Position numbers and translations under genes: made by a program. A DNA stretch of 64,000 bases from the NCBI RefSeq assembly GCF_009914755.1, contig NC_060931.1; one strand, written 5' to 3'. The DNA is from the human T2T-CHM13v2.0 reference genome, Homo sapiens. Below are positions 24,154-39,730 of this stretch, piece by piece; within the stretch, counting starts at the first letter, position 1, and each line of letters opens with the position of its first letter. Under the pieces are notes generated by a model that was given only the letters and a program-made list of their open reading frames with translations, was not told the origin of the DNA and made no database searches.

Positions 24154-26782
24154 TGACTCATGCAAGAAAAAAGTTAAGTCAAAGTAAGAGTTCATATAAT
24201 GTATATGTATGTCAATAACCCAAAGTACAGCTGTTTATTCAATAAAAAAACTAGACTAGTTATGAACATCTCCCAGTTGTCTTTGATTTTGTGTATTTAT
24301 TTGCTTGTATCCAGAAGGCCATTGGTGGTTTTAGATTTTTTTTTATTTGTAGAAGAAGGAAACATTGACTATAATCATCAGCTGCCTTTCTAACACCTTC
24401 TAAGAAAAACCTTGGGGTATGTTTCAGCTAAGAGGTGGTAAGATTTCTTAATCATGATCCAAACTGTTTTTAACAAGTTTCAACAAAAACTATATATAGC
24501 CAAGAACCACCATCTGTTTCACATATTTTTGTGTCAGTGATAGATGAGGGAAAAAAGCTACTTGAAGTCACTGTCTTGAAGGTCTTTAGAATTGTCCCTT
24601 GAAGCCTGTGCTAACATTTTTTTTTTTTTTTTTTTTGCTTTTCCACAATCTCCACAAACTGGCCAGCATTAACTATACGTAAATGGAATTCAATATAATA
24701 TTTATTTTCAAGAAAAAGAAGGCCTCCTTGCTAAATGGGTCTAAGTATCAATCTTGAGGAGTTTTTTTTTTTTTTTTGCCGTTGTGACTCAGTCTTCATG
24801 CCTCCATGTGGAAGTATAAGCATAGAAGTTCCTCAATTTACAAACAGGTTACCTTTCAAAGTGTTTTATTGATGTTCTGGTTGTGTAGAAAACAAAAATG
24901 AATTTTCCCATATAAATTACGTTACAATTTGGTGGTTAGATTTCCAGATTTTTATCACAGGAAAGCTTTTCTTCCTTTCCCTTCTATTATCCATCTTCTT
25001 CTAAATCCTGCTTTATCTTCTTTGCTAGCTTTGACTGCGTGAAATGGGATTTTAAAGCATCAGATAAAATAAGGTCAAGTGGGGGACAAGTGAGAGGCAG
25101 CTGTTTTTACATGGCAGCAGGATTAAGCAGGAAGACAGGCATGTAGCGGCAAGGGAAGAAAGGTGGGGTTGTAGAACTGTCCCTACGACATGTCTTTTCA
25201 GCACAGCTTTGCACATAAGAGACTTCAAGTCTGACTCATATAAATTAAAGATTTTTTTTACTGTGTCGTGGAACTTGGCACATAACATTCATTGTCATCA
25301 TCTGTGTCTGCACTATCCTATCCCCTTGTCTAGATTCTAATCCCATTATCACATTTCAACCTATCTTATGCATAACAGCAGGAGATATCCCATGTGCTAG
25401 GTATAGAACTACATGGACAGAACTAAATGTTACTGTGATTCACAGCAACGAGATTTTTTTAAATTTAAACTGGATTTCATTTTGGGTTAGTTAATACGTT
25501 AAGATGGTTCAACATTCGAAAGGAAGAAAAGGTATAACAAAAATCTCCCTTCCATATTGTTACTCTGGCAACAAATTCCCTGCTCTAGAATTAACTAATA
25601 CTGAACACCTTTTGTTTATCCTTACAGAGATATGTTATGCATATACAAATAAATACATATCTATCTGCCTATCTCTATCCCTTATTTTTCAATTATATAG
25701 TTTTCTTTGCATTGTTCTTTCACTTACGATTGTATCTTGGAGATCATTACATGTTACACAATGAATTTCTTGATTTTTTATGACTAACACTCTATTTGTT
25801 GGATATACCTACTTTATTTAACCAGCACTCTATTACTGAGCAGTTATTTATTTTTGATATTTTGTTATTACTAAAAATAATACATGTAATAAATTTTCAT
25901 AAACATCATTTAGAATATGTTTGTTTAAAATATGTATGAATAAATTCCAGGATATATTCAGTATCCACGCAAACGTATCACAAACAAAATACAGATATAA
26001 TATAGGTTTTATTGGGGATAACCTAAAAACAGAGAAGTAGTGCATTATATGGAGTCCCCTGAAGTCTCATTATTCCACATTAGGGGGTAGGTATAGATGT
26101 TCTGAATGCACATTGGCTAAAGTTTCAGCAGACAAAGGCCTACCTGGGTCAGCAGGCTAGATGCATTACAGAAGTACTCCAAGCAGAGAGAGAGCCCCGC
26201 GCTATACCATAGTGAGTCTCTAAAGTCTAACACTCAATATAAGTGGTTGGAGTGGCCATCCTTTCCTTGTATCCAATACTGAAAGGGAAGTATCCTTTCA
26301 CAGTTAGGTATAAATGTTTTCTATGCTTTTAGGGGTTTTGTTTATTTGCAAATGCCTTTGAACAGATTGGAAACTCTCTCTATTTAGAGTTAGCTGGGAG
26401 TTTTAAAACAATTTTTAATTGATATTGAATTTTGTCAAACACATTTTTGGCATCTATCGAAATGCTCACATGATTTTTCTTTAACTTGTTAATGTGTTAC
26501 ATTTTTAAACTATCACATCAATCTTGTATTACTGAATTAAACCATAATTAGATACATTGTATTATTCTTTTTATAAATTAATGAATTTGGTTTGGAAATA
26601 TATTTTTATGCTTATGTTTATGAGTGCTATTGGTTTCTAATTTCCTTTTTCGTAATGTCCATATATAGTTTTAGTATCAAGGTTACTCTTTCCCCATAAT
26701 ATGAATTGGAAAGTGACTTTTCCTCCTCTATTTGTCTACAAGTCTGTGTAAACTTGATATTTCTTCCTAAAGGTTTTATTTC

Positions 26783-27159
<377 letters not shown>

Positions 27160-29571
27160 TGATTAGAGGTTTATCAATGATACTGGTATTTTCAAAGAAC
27201 CAGCTTTCAGCTTCATTGGCTTTCTTTATTGTTCTTCTGTTTCCTACTTCACTGATTCCTACCCCTATCTTTATTATTCATTACTTCTGCTTACTTTGGG
27301 TTTAATTTGTTCTTCTTTTTTAAATTTTCTTTAGGTAGAAGTTTACATAACTGATTGTGACCTTTCTTCTTTACTAATACAAGAATTTAATGTATACTTT
27401 TACCTGTGAGAACTTGAAAAATATATATATTCTTCTAATTTTGGGGATAGCATTCAATAAATATCAATTAGGATAAGGTGATTGATAGTGCTGTTCAAAT
27501 TGTCTATATATAAATTGGTTTGGTTGTCCCTAACTATATTGATTACTGAGAGAGGTATGTTAAAGTATCCAACTGTAATAATACATTTTTATATTTTTTC
27601 ATATCTAAAGTTTATCTTCCACAAACAGTACATCATTTGGCCTTGCTTTTTCATTCAATCTGACAATCTTGACAATAAAATCTTTATTTATATTTAATAC
27701 AATTATTAATATATTTGGCCACAAGTCCACCATTTGGTGTTTGTTCTCTATTTGTCTCATTTCTTATTCATTCCTTTTTCTCCCTTCCTTTTCTTGACTT
27801 GAATTACTGAGTATATTTAGTAGTATCTTCTCTATTGGCATTTTAGCTAAAACTATTTTTTAAAAAACTTTGTTTTACTGAGGATTAAAATAAACACTTT
27901 TAACTTATTACAATCCACATTGAATTAACATTGCACACTTCATATGTAAGATATTTCAACAGTACACTTTCATATACTCCCTCCTTCTTATTTTTTTCAT
28001 GTACTTTATTTCTAAATATGCTATGGCCACCAAAATACAATCATTATTTTTTTGCTTTGAACAATCAATTGTGTTTTAAAAATTAAGAAGCAAGGAAAAG
28101 GTCTGTTACAGTTGCCTGTATTCGAACCATTTGGTGTGTTCTTCATTCCTTCCTTTAGACACGTTTCCTTAGATACATGTTTCTTTAGCTACATGTTTTA
28201 GATACATATGTTTTTTCAGCCTAAAGGATTTCATTCAACTTATCTTGTAATGTTGGTCTGTTAGTGGTGAATTCTCTCAGCTTTTATCTGCACATATTTT
28301 CATTTTGTCTTCATTTTTGAATTATATTTTCTTTGACTATACATCCTGTTTTCTCTTTCAACACTTTAAAGTTGTGACTCCATTGTCTTCTAGCCCATGT
28401 TGTTTCTGATGAGAGTTCCGTGATGATTCTTATTATTGTTCCACACATGCAATATAAGTTTTGTCTCTGTCTGCTTTTGAGATTTTCTGGGTATCATTAG
28501 TATTTAGTAATTTGATTGTAATACATTTAAGGATTTTTCTTCTCTATTGCTTGGGGGATTGATGAGTTTTTGGATTTCTGGATAGAGTTTTAAAAATGGA
28601 ATTTGGAAAAAATGTTTGCCTTGATGCTTTAAATGTTTTTCTTTTATATTCACTTTTCTCCCCCTCAGACACCAGTTACACAAATGTTATATGTTATACT
28701 GCTATATATTTTCCCAGAAGTCATTAGGTTTTGGGATTTTATTTTAGTCTTCTGTGTTTCAGTTTGTACAGTTTCTGTAGGCTATACAGTCTACAGAATA
28801 TAACTTCAAAGTCATTAGCCTTTATATATAAAATACTTATAGCTCATACTGACTCTTAATACTTCCAATAAAATTCAAGACTAGAGATTTTTAATTAACT
28901 TTAGTTATCATGTATATATGGATTATTACACATGATTCAATATATATTATATATATATATATATGATATACTTATCTACTTTTTATTTTGGTGAAAATAC
29001 CTGTTAATAAAAATGTTTGCTTTTCCAACAATACTAGTTTCAAAATTACAATACAAATCCTACCATGCCAATAAAATGTTTCTTAACCACAGTTTAATAT
29101 TCTTTTGCAAACCTTTCTTATCCTTAGGGTGCATCCTACTGGGAATGGACAGTTAAATTATTGAGTTTTAAAGTCAATTTGTATAGTGATATTGTTAACG
29201 GATTCACAATGTTATGTATTTCAATTTGCTTTAGAGATTTAGGAATTAAAAAATAAGTTTTATACCTAAGTAAAATATTTACATGATTTCAAAGTCAAAT
29301 CTACAAAATGTTGTATATGCTAAGAAATCTAGTTTCTATCCCTCTCTCTTTCACCTGATTTCCTTCCTTTCTTTATAGATAGTCAAATAAATATGTATAA
29401 TCATTCCATTATCTAAAATATATGAAAATATATAAATATTCCCTTATCACCCTTTAAAGCTAAATAGTACCATGATATGCAACCTTTTAATTTATTTTAC
29501 TAACATTTTAATTCAACAATATATACTAGAGATAACTACACAGTATATAGAAAATTCTATTTTTTACATAT

Positions 29572-29878
29572 GTTTCTTTTTTGTTTGTTTGAGACAGAAT
29601 CTGATCCTGTTACCAAGGCTGGAGTGCAGTGGCGCAGTCATAGCTCACTGCAATGTCAAATTCCTAGGCTCAAGCAGTCCTCCTGCCTCAGATTTCTAAG
29701 TAGCTGGAACCACAGGTAGGAACCTCTACACCTGACTATTTTTTAAAAAACGTTTTTTGTAGAGATGGGGGTCTCTCTATGTTACCCAAGCTGGTCTCAA
29801 ATTCCTAGGCTCAAGTGATTCTCCTGCCTTAGCCTCCCCAAATCTTGAGATTTCAGGTGTGAGCCACTGTGCCTGGCC
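29572..29878 (-). mobile_element. Alu (AluJ-like)
   Basis: Diverged dimer. Confidence 0.92.
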
Positions 29879-31852
29879 TTGTTTATTTTTCTTTTTACAG
29901 ATACATACCACTCTATTGTGTTCATACCCCATAGCTTATTCAACCAGTTCTAGAATCAGACATCTAGGTTGTTTCTATTATTTTAGGTATCAAAATAAAA
30001 TGGCAGGGAATTATTTAAGTCTATGTATTTTATTCTGCTAGTATATCTTAGTAATCGTTTCTTAGAAGTGGAGTTGTTGGGTCAAAAGGTAACTGCATAT
30101 GTTCTTTTATTAGATATTGTTAAATTTCCCTTTATAGAAGTTGCGACATTTTGCAGTTTCACTAGTTCTAAATGAGAGGGCCTGTTTCTATGTAGCTTCA
30201 CCGACAGACTGGGTTTTCAAACTTTTGGATTTTCACCCAACTGATGGGTAAGAAAAAAAAGAGTTTACTCTCCTGCCAATATCTTGGGGTTTTCATTTAC
30301 ATTGCAAAGAACAAACTGTAAACCACTTTGCATAGTGTCCTTGCCCCAAAATAGGGGCTTGATTTACCATGTAATTTATTTCTGGTTCATATTGCTGTTC
30401 TGAACAAGCTTTTGGGTTTGAGGTTATAAACAAAATAATTTGACTGTTTACTTGTGGTTAAACAAATGGCATAAATATATATTTGGAAAAAATCGTTTTT
30501 GAAGGGAAAAACTTGGGCAGTTGTTTCCAAAAATTATCATCTATTTGTCTGGCAAGTATTTGATTCAATAATATTATCAAAACTTTTGGTTTCTTATCAT
30601 AACAAAAGGTATATATTTTTTTCTAGTCAAAAGACTTTAGGTTCTGGATAAGACAGCCAAAAACATGTGATAACCCTTTCTCGTTGTAGTCACTCTCCAA
30701 GAATTTGACTTGGAATGGATATTCAAACCTTACTTACTGTTGCTTTATATTTGTTCTTCCTTCACTTCTTTATCCTCTTATTTCCAGTTTTCCTCAAACT
30801 TCTTGCACACAGACTTTGACATTTTCCTTTCCCACCTTTTTAAAATTGATTGCTTTTTACTCTTTCCTGCTCTCATTGCTTCCTTCCATCTTCTCCACAG
30901 ATTTCTTTGATTCATGTCCCTAAATCTCATCTAGGTCTACTCCTGCCTTGTGTCCCATGTGAGCACAAGAAACATCTCTCTCCTGTCTCATGACTTACAC
31001 CTGTCCAAAAAGAAGGCACTTCTTTTAAGAAAAGGTCTCTTTTCCTGTACTTTTGCCATCTGTGACCTGATACATTTAACTTTCATAACCTAGTAGGATT
31101 TACTTGTACAAGGGCATCAGGAAATTTCATCCCTTAGTAGATCTGTATCTACTTCCTGGACACACTATAACTGTCTGCATCTTTCCCTTTATTTCTTTCA
31201 TCAGACATTTATGGCACGCCTAGTAAATGCCAGCTCCTGACCTAGGCAACATGGATACATAAGTAAGGCAGAGTTCTTGTGCTGAAAGGTATCGACTGAC
31301 TTCAGTTATAACCTGTGAATACATATGGTGCATGGAAATTTCTGAGGCTGACTGCCCTCTCTTCCCATCCCTACCTGGCAGCATACTCCTCCTTATCTTT
31401 GCACTTTATTTGCTATGTTCTCTAGGAATCCTTTCTGAATTTTCCTTTCTCCATTCTCAAAGTTGTTTGATGCCCCTCCTCAAAACTCCCAGGTCATGCT
31501 CAACTTTCCCCATTTTATCACATTTCACCACACCATATGGTAATTGTGTCCTTCTTTAGACTGGATGCTCCATGAGGGCAGAAATAGCTCTCTATCATTA
31601 ACTATAAGTTTCCAGCACCCAAAATAGTATCTGTAGCATAGAAGAACTCAAAAAATAGTTCGTCAGTGCTCACGTATACACATAAAAGTGTATATTATGT
31701 GCAGTAAATAAAAGAGGATTTAAATAGAAGAGTTGGAAGAAAGAAAACACATCTTTCAGTGAAAATGGAATAAGCGAGGATGTCACATAAATGGAATAAC
31801 CTTCATGAAGTAGGTTCTAATGATTATTTCATAGAGATTTTGCCAGTTCTAA

Positions 31853-32182
<330 letters not shown>

Positions 32183-32893
32183 AAAGTATGTTTTTAAAGA
32201 ACAATAATTTAAATTTATTTAACTTTCCTTAATGGTATTAATTATGCCCATGAAATACTAATGAATTACTCATTTGGCAATTCCAAGCAAGCACAGTGGT
32301 TAGATAAGTCTCATAAATGTTAATCAGTAATTCCCGATAGCTTAATCACAGTTGTACCTCACCAAAGAATTTAAGACCTAAGTGAATTGTTATTGGTTTT
32401 AAAGCTATATGCTGGTATCTGTAATTTGATTATTTTCTTCATCTTTTTAAACTATGTTTTCTCTCTCTGTCTCATACATATTTTCTATGCAACCGAGTTT
32501 TGACTGAAGCTATTAAATTAAGCTAATAAAAACAGTATACAATCTGTGAAAGGGTAGGCTCTGAACTGGGTGGAAATGGCCAATTATAGTGTAAAGTTAG
32601 AATCACTCTCTACTTGTGAACCTAAAGAAACCCAGACCATGAAGTGGTTACACCCAGAAATTCAATGCCTATATGCTAGAGTTTCATCTGTACTCTTGTC
32701 TAGTCAACATATATTCTCATAGGTCTATCAGCAGGAATAATGAAAGGAACCTTAAAATAAATTACCTAAACCCCTTTCAAACAAAATTTGAAATGAAAAT
32801 CTTAATTCAAAGAATTATCAGATGCAGAAATCAGGGAGTGTTTATATTTACATATTTTAAATTTTAAAGAGGCTGCTATCACCTCAAATAGTT

Positions 32894-33668
32894 ATGACAT
32901 GGCTCGGATGTTTGTCCCCTCCAAAGCTCATGCTGAAAGTGATTCCCAATGTTGGAGGTGAGGCCTGGTGGGATGTGATTGGATCATGGCGCAGATTCCT
33001 CATGGTTTAGCACCATCCCTGCATTAGTCTGTTTTCACACTGCTATAAAGATACCACCCAAGACTTGGTAATTTATAAACAAAGGAGGTTTAATTGACTC
33101 ACAGTTCTGCATGGCTGGGAAGGCCTCAAGAAACTTACAATCATGGTGGAAGAGGAAGCAGGTACCTTCTTCACAAGGTGGTAAAAGAGAGAAGAGTGAA
33201 AAAGGAACTTCCAAACACTTATAAAATCATCAGATCTCATGAGAACTCACTCACTATCATGAGAACAGCATGGGGGAAACTGCCTCCATAATCCAATCAC
33301 CTCCCTCCCTCAACACGTGGGGATTATGATTCGAGATGAGATTCCAGAGGGGATACAGAGCCAAACCATATCAGTCTCCTTGGTGAGAAGTGAGTTCTCC
33401 CTCAGTTAGTTCACATGAGATTTGGTTGTTTAAAGGAGTCTGGGACCTCCTCCTTTGCTCTCTTGTTCCCTCTCTTGCCGTGTGATGTGCTGGCTGCCCT
33501 TGGCCTTCTACCATGATTGCAAGCTTCTTAAGGCCCTCACCAGAAGCAGATACCAGCACTATGATTCTTGTACAGCCTGCAGAACTGTGAGCCAATTAAA
33601 CCTCTTTTCTTTTTAAATCATCCAGTCTCAGGTATTTGTTTATAGCATTGCAAGAATGGACTAACACA
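32894..33668 (+). mobile_element. MSTB-like MaLR LTR interrupted by a second MaLR LTR
   Basis: tgacatggctcggatgtttgtcccc...gactaacaca; the outer element resumes after 33373. Confidence 0.85.
33020..33373 (-). mobile_element. MSTA/THE1-like MaLR solo LTR nested in the opposite orientation
   Basis: tgcattagtctgttttcacactgctataaag...ccaaaccatatca. Confidence 0.85.
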
Positions 33669-33699
33669 AATCAGAAGACATTTTTTAAAAATGATTATT

Positions 33700-34000
33700 G
33701 TTTGAATATATAGAAACAGAGGGTAGAAAGGTAGCTATTGGGTGGTGGAGGGGTGAAGGAAATGGAAGTCAAAGCTTACAAAGTTGTGGTTATGTAAGAT
33801 GAATAAGTAGAGATGCAGTGTACAGCATGAGGACTGTAGTTCATAATACTGTATTGTATACTGGAAATTTGCTGAAAGAGTAGATTTTAGGTACTTTTAC
33901 CACGTACACACAAAAAAGGTAACCATGTGTGATGATGGGTATATTAATTGGCTTGACTTTAGTAATTATTTCACTGTGTGTATATCAAAACATCAAATAT
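33700..34000 (+). mobile_element. L1M 3' end fragment
   Basis: gtacagcatgaggactgtag...aaatttgctgaaagagtagatttt...ggtaaccatgtgtgatgatggg. Confidence 0.75.
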
Positions 34001-34094
34001 ATTTAAGGGATACAACATGATGTTTTTACATATATATGATATATGTGTTTTTACATATATAATTATACATATTAAGGAGAGCAGCCTCTAACTT

Positions 34095-34125
<31 letters not shown>

Positions 34126-36052
34126 GGTATATGTATATGGGTATATATGTATACATATATGTATACATATATATGGGTATTTTATATATGTACACACACC
34201 CATATGTAAAATTATTTAAAGGCTGCTGTCTTGAGTTTTTGTGGAGATAAACAAGTTAACATTAATTAAAATTATGTTTCTTGGAAACATAATTAAATGT
34301 GATGCAGATGGTTATTAAATTTAAAATCAAAATTTTATTTGTTTGGCCATTGTGATTAGTCCCAGGATGAAGACTGTCTTTTCATAACCATGATAGAAAG
34401 GAATCACAAAGAATGCTTAATAGAAGATTACATTGCATGAAGTAAATTTAAATAGCCTGAAGCCAATTGCTTTAAAGACTTCAGTAAATTTTGTTTGATA
34501 TACAAATATCAAATCTTATCTGTTTTTGTCTGAAATTAGACATCAGTATAGTGTTATTTGTCATAATTTCAGTTATTTTTGAAAATGTTAACCATATAGT
34601 AACCTTATTTCTTTAATTTGAATTCTAGGCCAATGGTTTTCAACTGGGAATTCACGCAACTCATATCTGGAGTTTTATTAATATAACAGATGTTTAGTAC
34701 CTCCTCCAGATTTACTGAGCCTTTTTACTTAATAATTTTGATACATTCTTGGGTTATTCTAATTGTATGCTTGTTTAGTCATGTATGTTATATGTCAAGA
34801 TTATTCTATCTGAAGGCTTTTTCTCTGTAAAAATTATGTTCATCCATTTTCATAAATTATATATGATATCCACTCTTTGAAAATATGGCTAATTTTATGT
34901 TTGTTTGTATTTTGTCTTTAACTTTTTGAGTGATTTTATTTTGCACATCACAGAAAGAATCAAACTTCCTTGTTAACTGTATTATTCCTGTAACAAATCC
35001 TCTTCAGATCTTTGTTTTGAAAATCATTAATAATAAGCTAACCACACCCATTTTAAATCTCTGTCATCTACAGAAAGGGTTTGTTTTGTCATGATGCTTC
35101 CCTGAAACCACTTGCAATAAGCTACAGGCCAGTGTGTTATTATCAACAAAGAAAGACTGTCTTAGAGCCTTGGGAAAGGACTATACCAGGCACTGTACCT
35201 TGGTGTACAGCTTCTGATGGTATTGCATGAACAACTTTGAGGCCATCCCGGTGGACTGAGTCAGTATATCTGGACTTCAGTCCACAAATGAGTCCATGAT
35301 ATGGCTACCCCAGGATTGTGTGGAACAAGAATTCATTGCATAGGGCTAAATCAACTAATGGGTAACACTTGTTGGTTTTGTTTGGAATATTGTTGATGTT
35401 TTAATATTCTGTGTTCTGGACGTAAAGAACCCTTTCTCTCTTTTCTGTTAAGCTGTCTATAACTTATAACAATTTAGTAGACTCTGTTTTATAAACAGAA
35501 ATAAAACTCTTATCTTTTTTCCCTGCTTGTTCCCTCTAGAAATCAGAAACTCTTATTAAATATTCTTATTTTCACAGCAACAGAGTTATATGCATAGGTT
35601 CACTAAGAAGAGATTATATTGTATCCCTTGTCATTAACAAGGAAACAACAATGTTTCCAATTATGTCCTGTTATTAATAAGGATAGTCCTTATTATTCAC
35701 CAACCAAGACCATGCCTGCCATTTCATATTTGATAATGATGCGTATTTAATCAGATATGACCAGGCACTAAAGAAACTTGGATTGACTTGATGGAGCCGA
35801 TGCTTTTGAAGCCCTCTTAGGAAAACTTGCCCATTACCTGTCTTACAGGGTTTAAAGGGCTTACAGGGCCTACACTGTTCCTTCTTAGCCTTAGAGCTGA
35901 GGAAGGAAGGCTACTTCCTGGTAATCCTAAGAATTTCAGAATATTTGAGGGACCTCAAGAAGAAAGGAATTAATCTAAATATATAGGTGAAATCTGATGA
36001 TGAATTATTGGCTTGGCATACTAGCCTCAAGGGGCATTTAAAAGTTAAAATT

Positions 36053-36376
<324 letters not shown>

Positions 36377-36450
36377 AAAAGTTGAAATTGAATCAAGAGT
36401 TCCTAATGATAACTTCCAGGAAAGCAAACTTAAAAAGATATATATGGTAA

Positions 36451-36866
<416 letters not shown>

Positions 36867-37741
36867 CTGTTTTTTTTAAAGACTATCTTTGTTCAGGAAA
36901 ACTTTGTTTCAGTGGAAAACTATAGCAGATCTTTTTGAGTTATCAGATTTGAAACAATAATTCAATCGTCTTTGAACTATTTGTGCCTCTTTATAAATTG
37001 TAGGTAACTGATGGATGTGCTAACTCTGTTTGGTTGAGATTTAATTGGCTTCCTTCCCCACTGTGCAATAACTGGTTTTGTAACCTACTTGTGATTAGAC
37101 TGGATTTTGTTACCTTGAACAAATTGTCAATTTTTACCATGTTTTCAATTCTTCTCATTTTTTTTTTCAATATCTGGCTATAACCTTTCAAACTAACATT
37201 TCCAACTTTTCTCCCTCCCTCTTAACTTGGTCTCACTGAGAACAAAAGTCTGACTATCTAGAGATCCTTATCGAGACTCAAAGTTGCCTTGTAGCTGTTC
37301 TTTCACCTCCAGATCTGAAGAAGGACTGGGGGCTAAAACCTGATGACTTGATATATACCCTGAGGGACTTATCACCACAGAAGACCATAATGGACTGAAT
37401 TTCTCCCTGAGCAAGTTACTGTCTAGGCCACTAAGAAAGCTCACTGAAATGCTCAGGTCATGCATAACCTTACATGAGAAGTAACCAAGACTGGACAACA
37501 TCACCAAGAACATTAACTTCTTAACTTCAAGAAACTCCATAAGCAGTGCTACATAATCAAAAGGATTTCATCCACTGACTCTGGAATCCACTGGACCAAA
37601 CTTTCTCAGGGTTGAACTCTTGGGTCTTTACTTTAATCCAGCTTTATATATATATATTTTTTTTATTTTTCATATAGATGCCTGATCTCTAGGACTCTAA
37701 AACAACTGAGCTTTGCCTCTACCTTTCAATAGATGTGTTTA

Positions 37742-38148
37742 TGGGAGGCCATTATTTTGGACTAGTTTCCTGTGTTAGGCCCTAGCAGACAAGACCAAAT
37801 TATAATGGAGTTACTTGGGCTAAGTGCCACATAATCAAACTGAACTTTCCAACAGGTCAGTTTTCCAAAAAAAACCCCCAGCAGATTCTAGTACCTGAGT
37901 CAGCATAATAAGGATGCCTCCTCTGTTTGAACCCTATAAGGAAAGTAACGTTGAAAGGATGAGTCTGTTTTTTATTCTCTCTTTTTGTTTCCTTTGGCTC
38001 TTTTCATTCTATAAATCTAACCTCCTCCATTCAGTTCATTTGAACACTCACTCTATTTTATAGAATGAGGTGTTCCCTGATTCTAGAATTGAAAATAAAA
38101 GTCAATTATAAATTTAAACTAAATACATTGTAATTTTATTTTTTGATG
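37742..38148 (+). mobile_element. ERV1 LTR (MER57/LTR54-like)
   Basis: gggaggccattattttggact...ggccctagcagac...aataaaagtcaatt...gtaattttattttttga; contains an AP-1 TGAGTCA at ~37896. Confidence 0.6.
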
Positions 38149-38528
38149 GGTGATTTAATTAATTTTGAAGACATCATGTCATTAAGAGTCCTCGCAAGCA
38201 TAGTTCTTTTACCCTGGTTCACCTCACTCAGGAGATTTATGGCCACCTTTGACTTGTGCAACAGTGAATGAAATTTATCTGTCTTGATCAAAAGGGAAAG
38301 AGGACTAACAATGTTGAACTTTTCCAGAGCCTCATGCTTTCAGAAAATAGTTGTGGTTAAGAAATCTCACCAACTTTTTGTTTTCAGAAATGCCTCACCG
38401 TTTTGTGTTCTGAAAAACAGCTTAAGGAAATGAATCACCCTTCTCCATGTGACTCACATAGCACTCACTGTCCATTCTTTCTTGTGACCCCCATCAGGCT
38501 TGTAAATGGCTTTCTTGTTTACCTGTGA

Positions 38529-38933
<405 letters not shown>

Positions 38934-39599
38934 TGAATGATTAGCTAAGGTTACAACTGTTTGTTTTTGAACTAGCAAGACACAGAAATAAACATTTTCT
39001 GCCCACTTAAATAACAGAGACCTCTTCTGATTGCAAAACAATACAGCTGGGAATCCCCACACCTGCAATTTGTCTACTCTTTCCTGTAAATGCCTTAAGG
39101 CAAATCCACTCTGCAGAGACACTGTAATTTTCTGATCTGTGGGACTCTCCCTATGGCACTAGCTGGAATAATATCACCTTCTCAATTGTCTCATGCATTT
39201 TGTCTTCAACAGTACTGAGAATAATTCCCTGGGCGGCATCAGTGATTGGGTGCTAGTGAGAGTTGCATTCCCTTTTCTTTCTACTTTCCAGACAAGTAAA
39301 AGAAACAAAGCAATAAAGAACCATCAAACAAGACTTTGACAGATAATAATATATTCTGTGGATAATTTCTACTTCAGAGATAGGCAATTACACATTTTTA
39401 AAAGCAATTTTTACTGCTCAGTTACAGCAAGTTTGCCTATTTACAAAATAAATGCTGTTTTATTATTTTTAAACATGTCTTACTTACTGCATGCCTCTCC
39501 ATTTTTAAGAAAACCCCAGTTACTCTGACTGAGCAGGAGAGTTTAGGAAAGGAAGGAAATCATATTGGCTGATCTTCCAATAAGTGACAGACTTGGGCT

Positions 39600-39730
39600 A
39601 GACATTTACATTTATTTGATCCTTTCAGCAACCTGGTGAGGTAGGCATTATCTCCATTTTAGAGATAAGGAACTGAGGCTTGGTGGTGTTAATATCTCAC
39701 TCAGCATCACACACCTAGTAACTGATAGAG
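39600..39730 (-). mobile_element. MIR fragment
   Basis: gaggtaggcattatctccattttagagataaggaactgaggct core. Confidence 0.7.

Noticed and set aside
34074-34233. Imperfect inverted match (agcagcct/aggctgct) flanking a TA microsatellite
   Set aside because: Only 8 bp exact and ~15 bp with mismatches; too weak to call a fold-back event.
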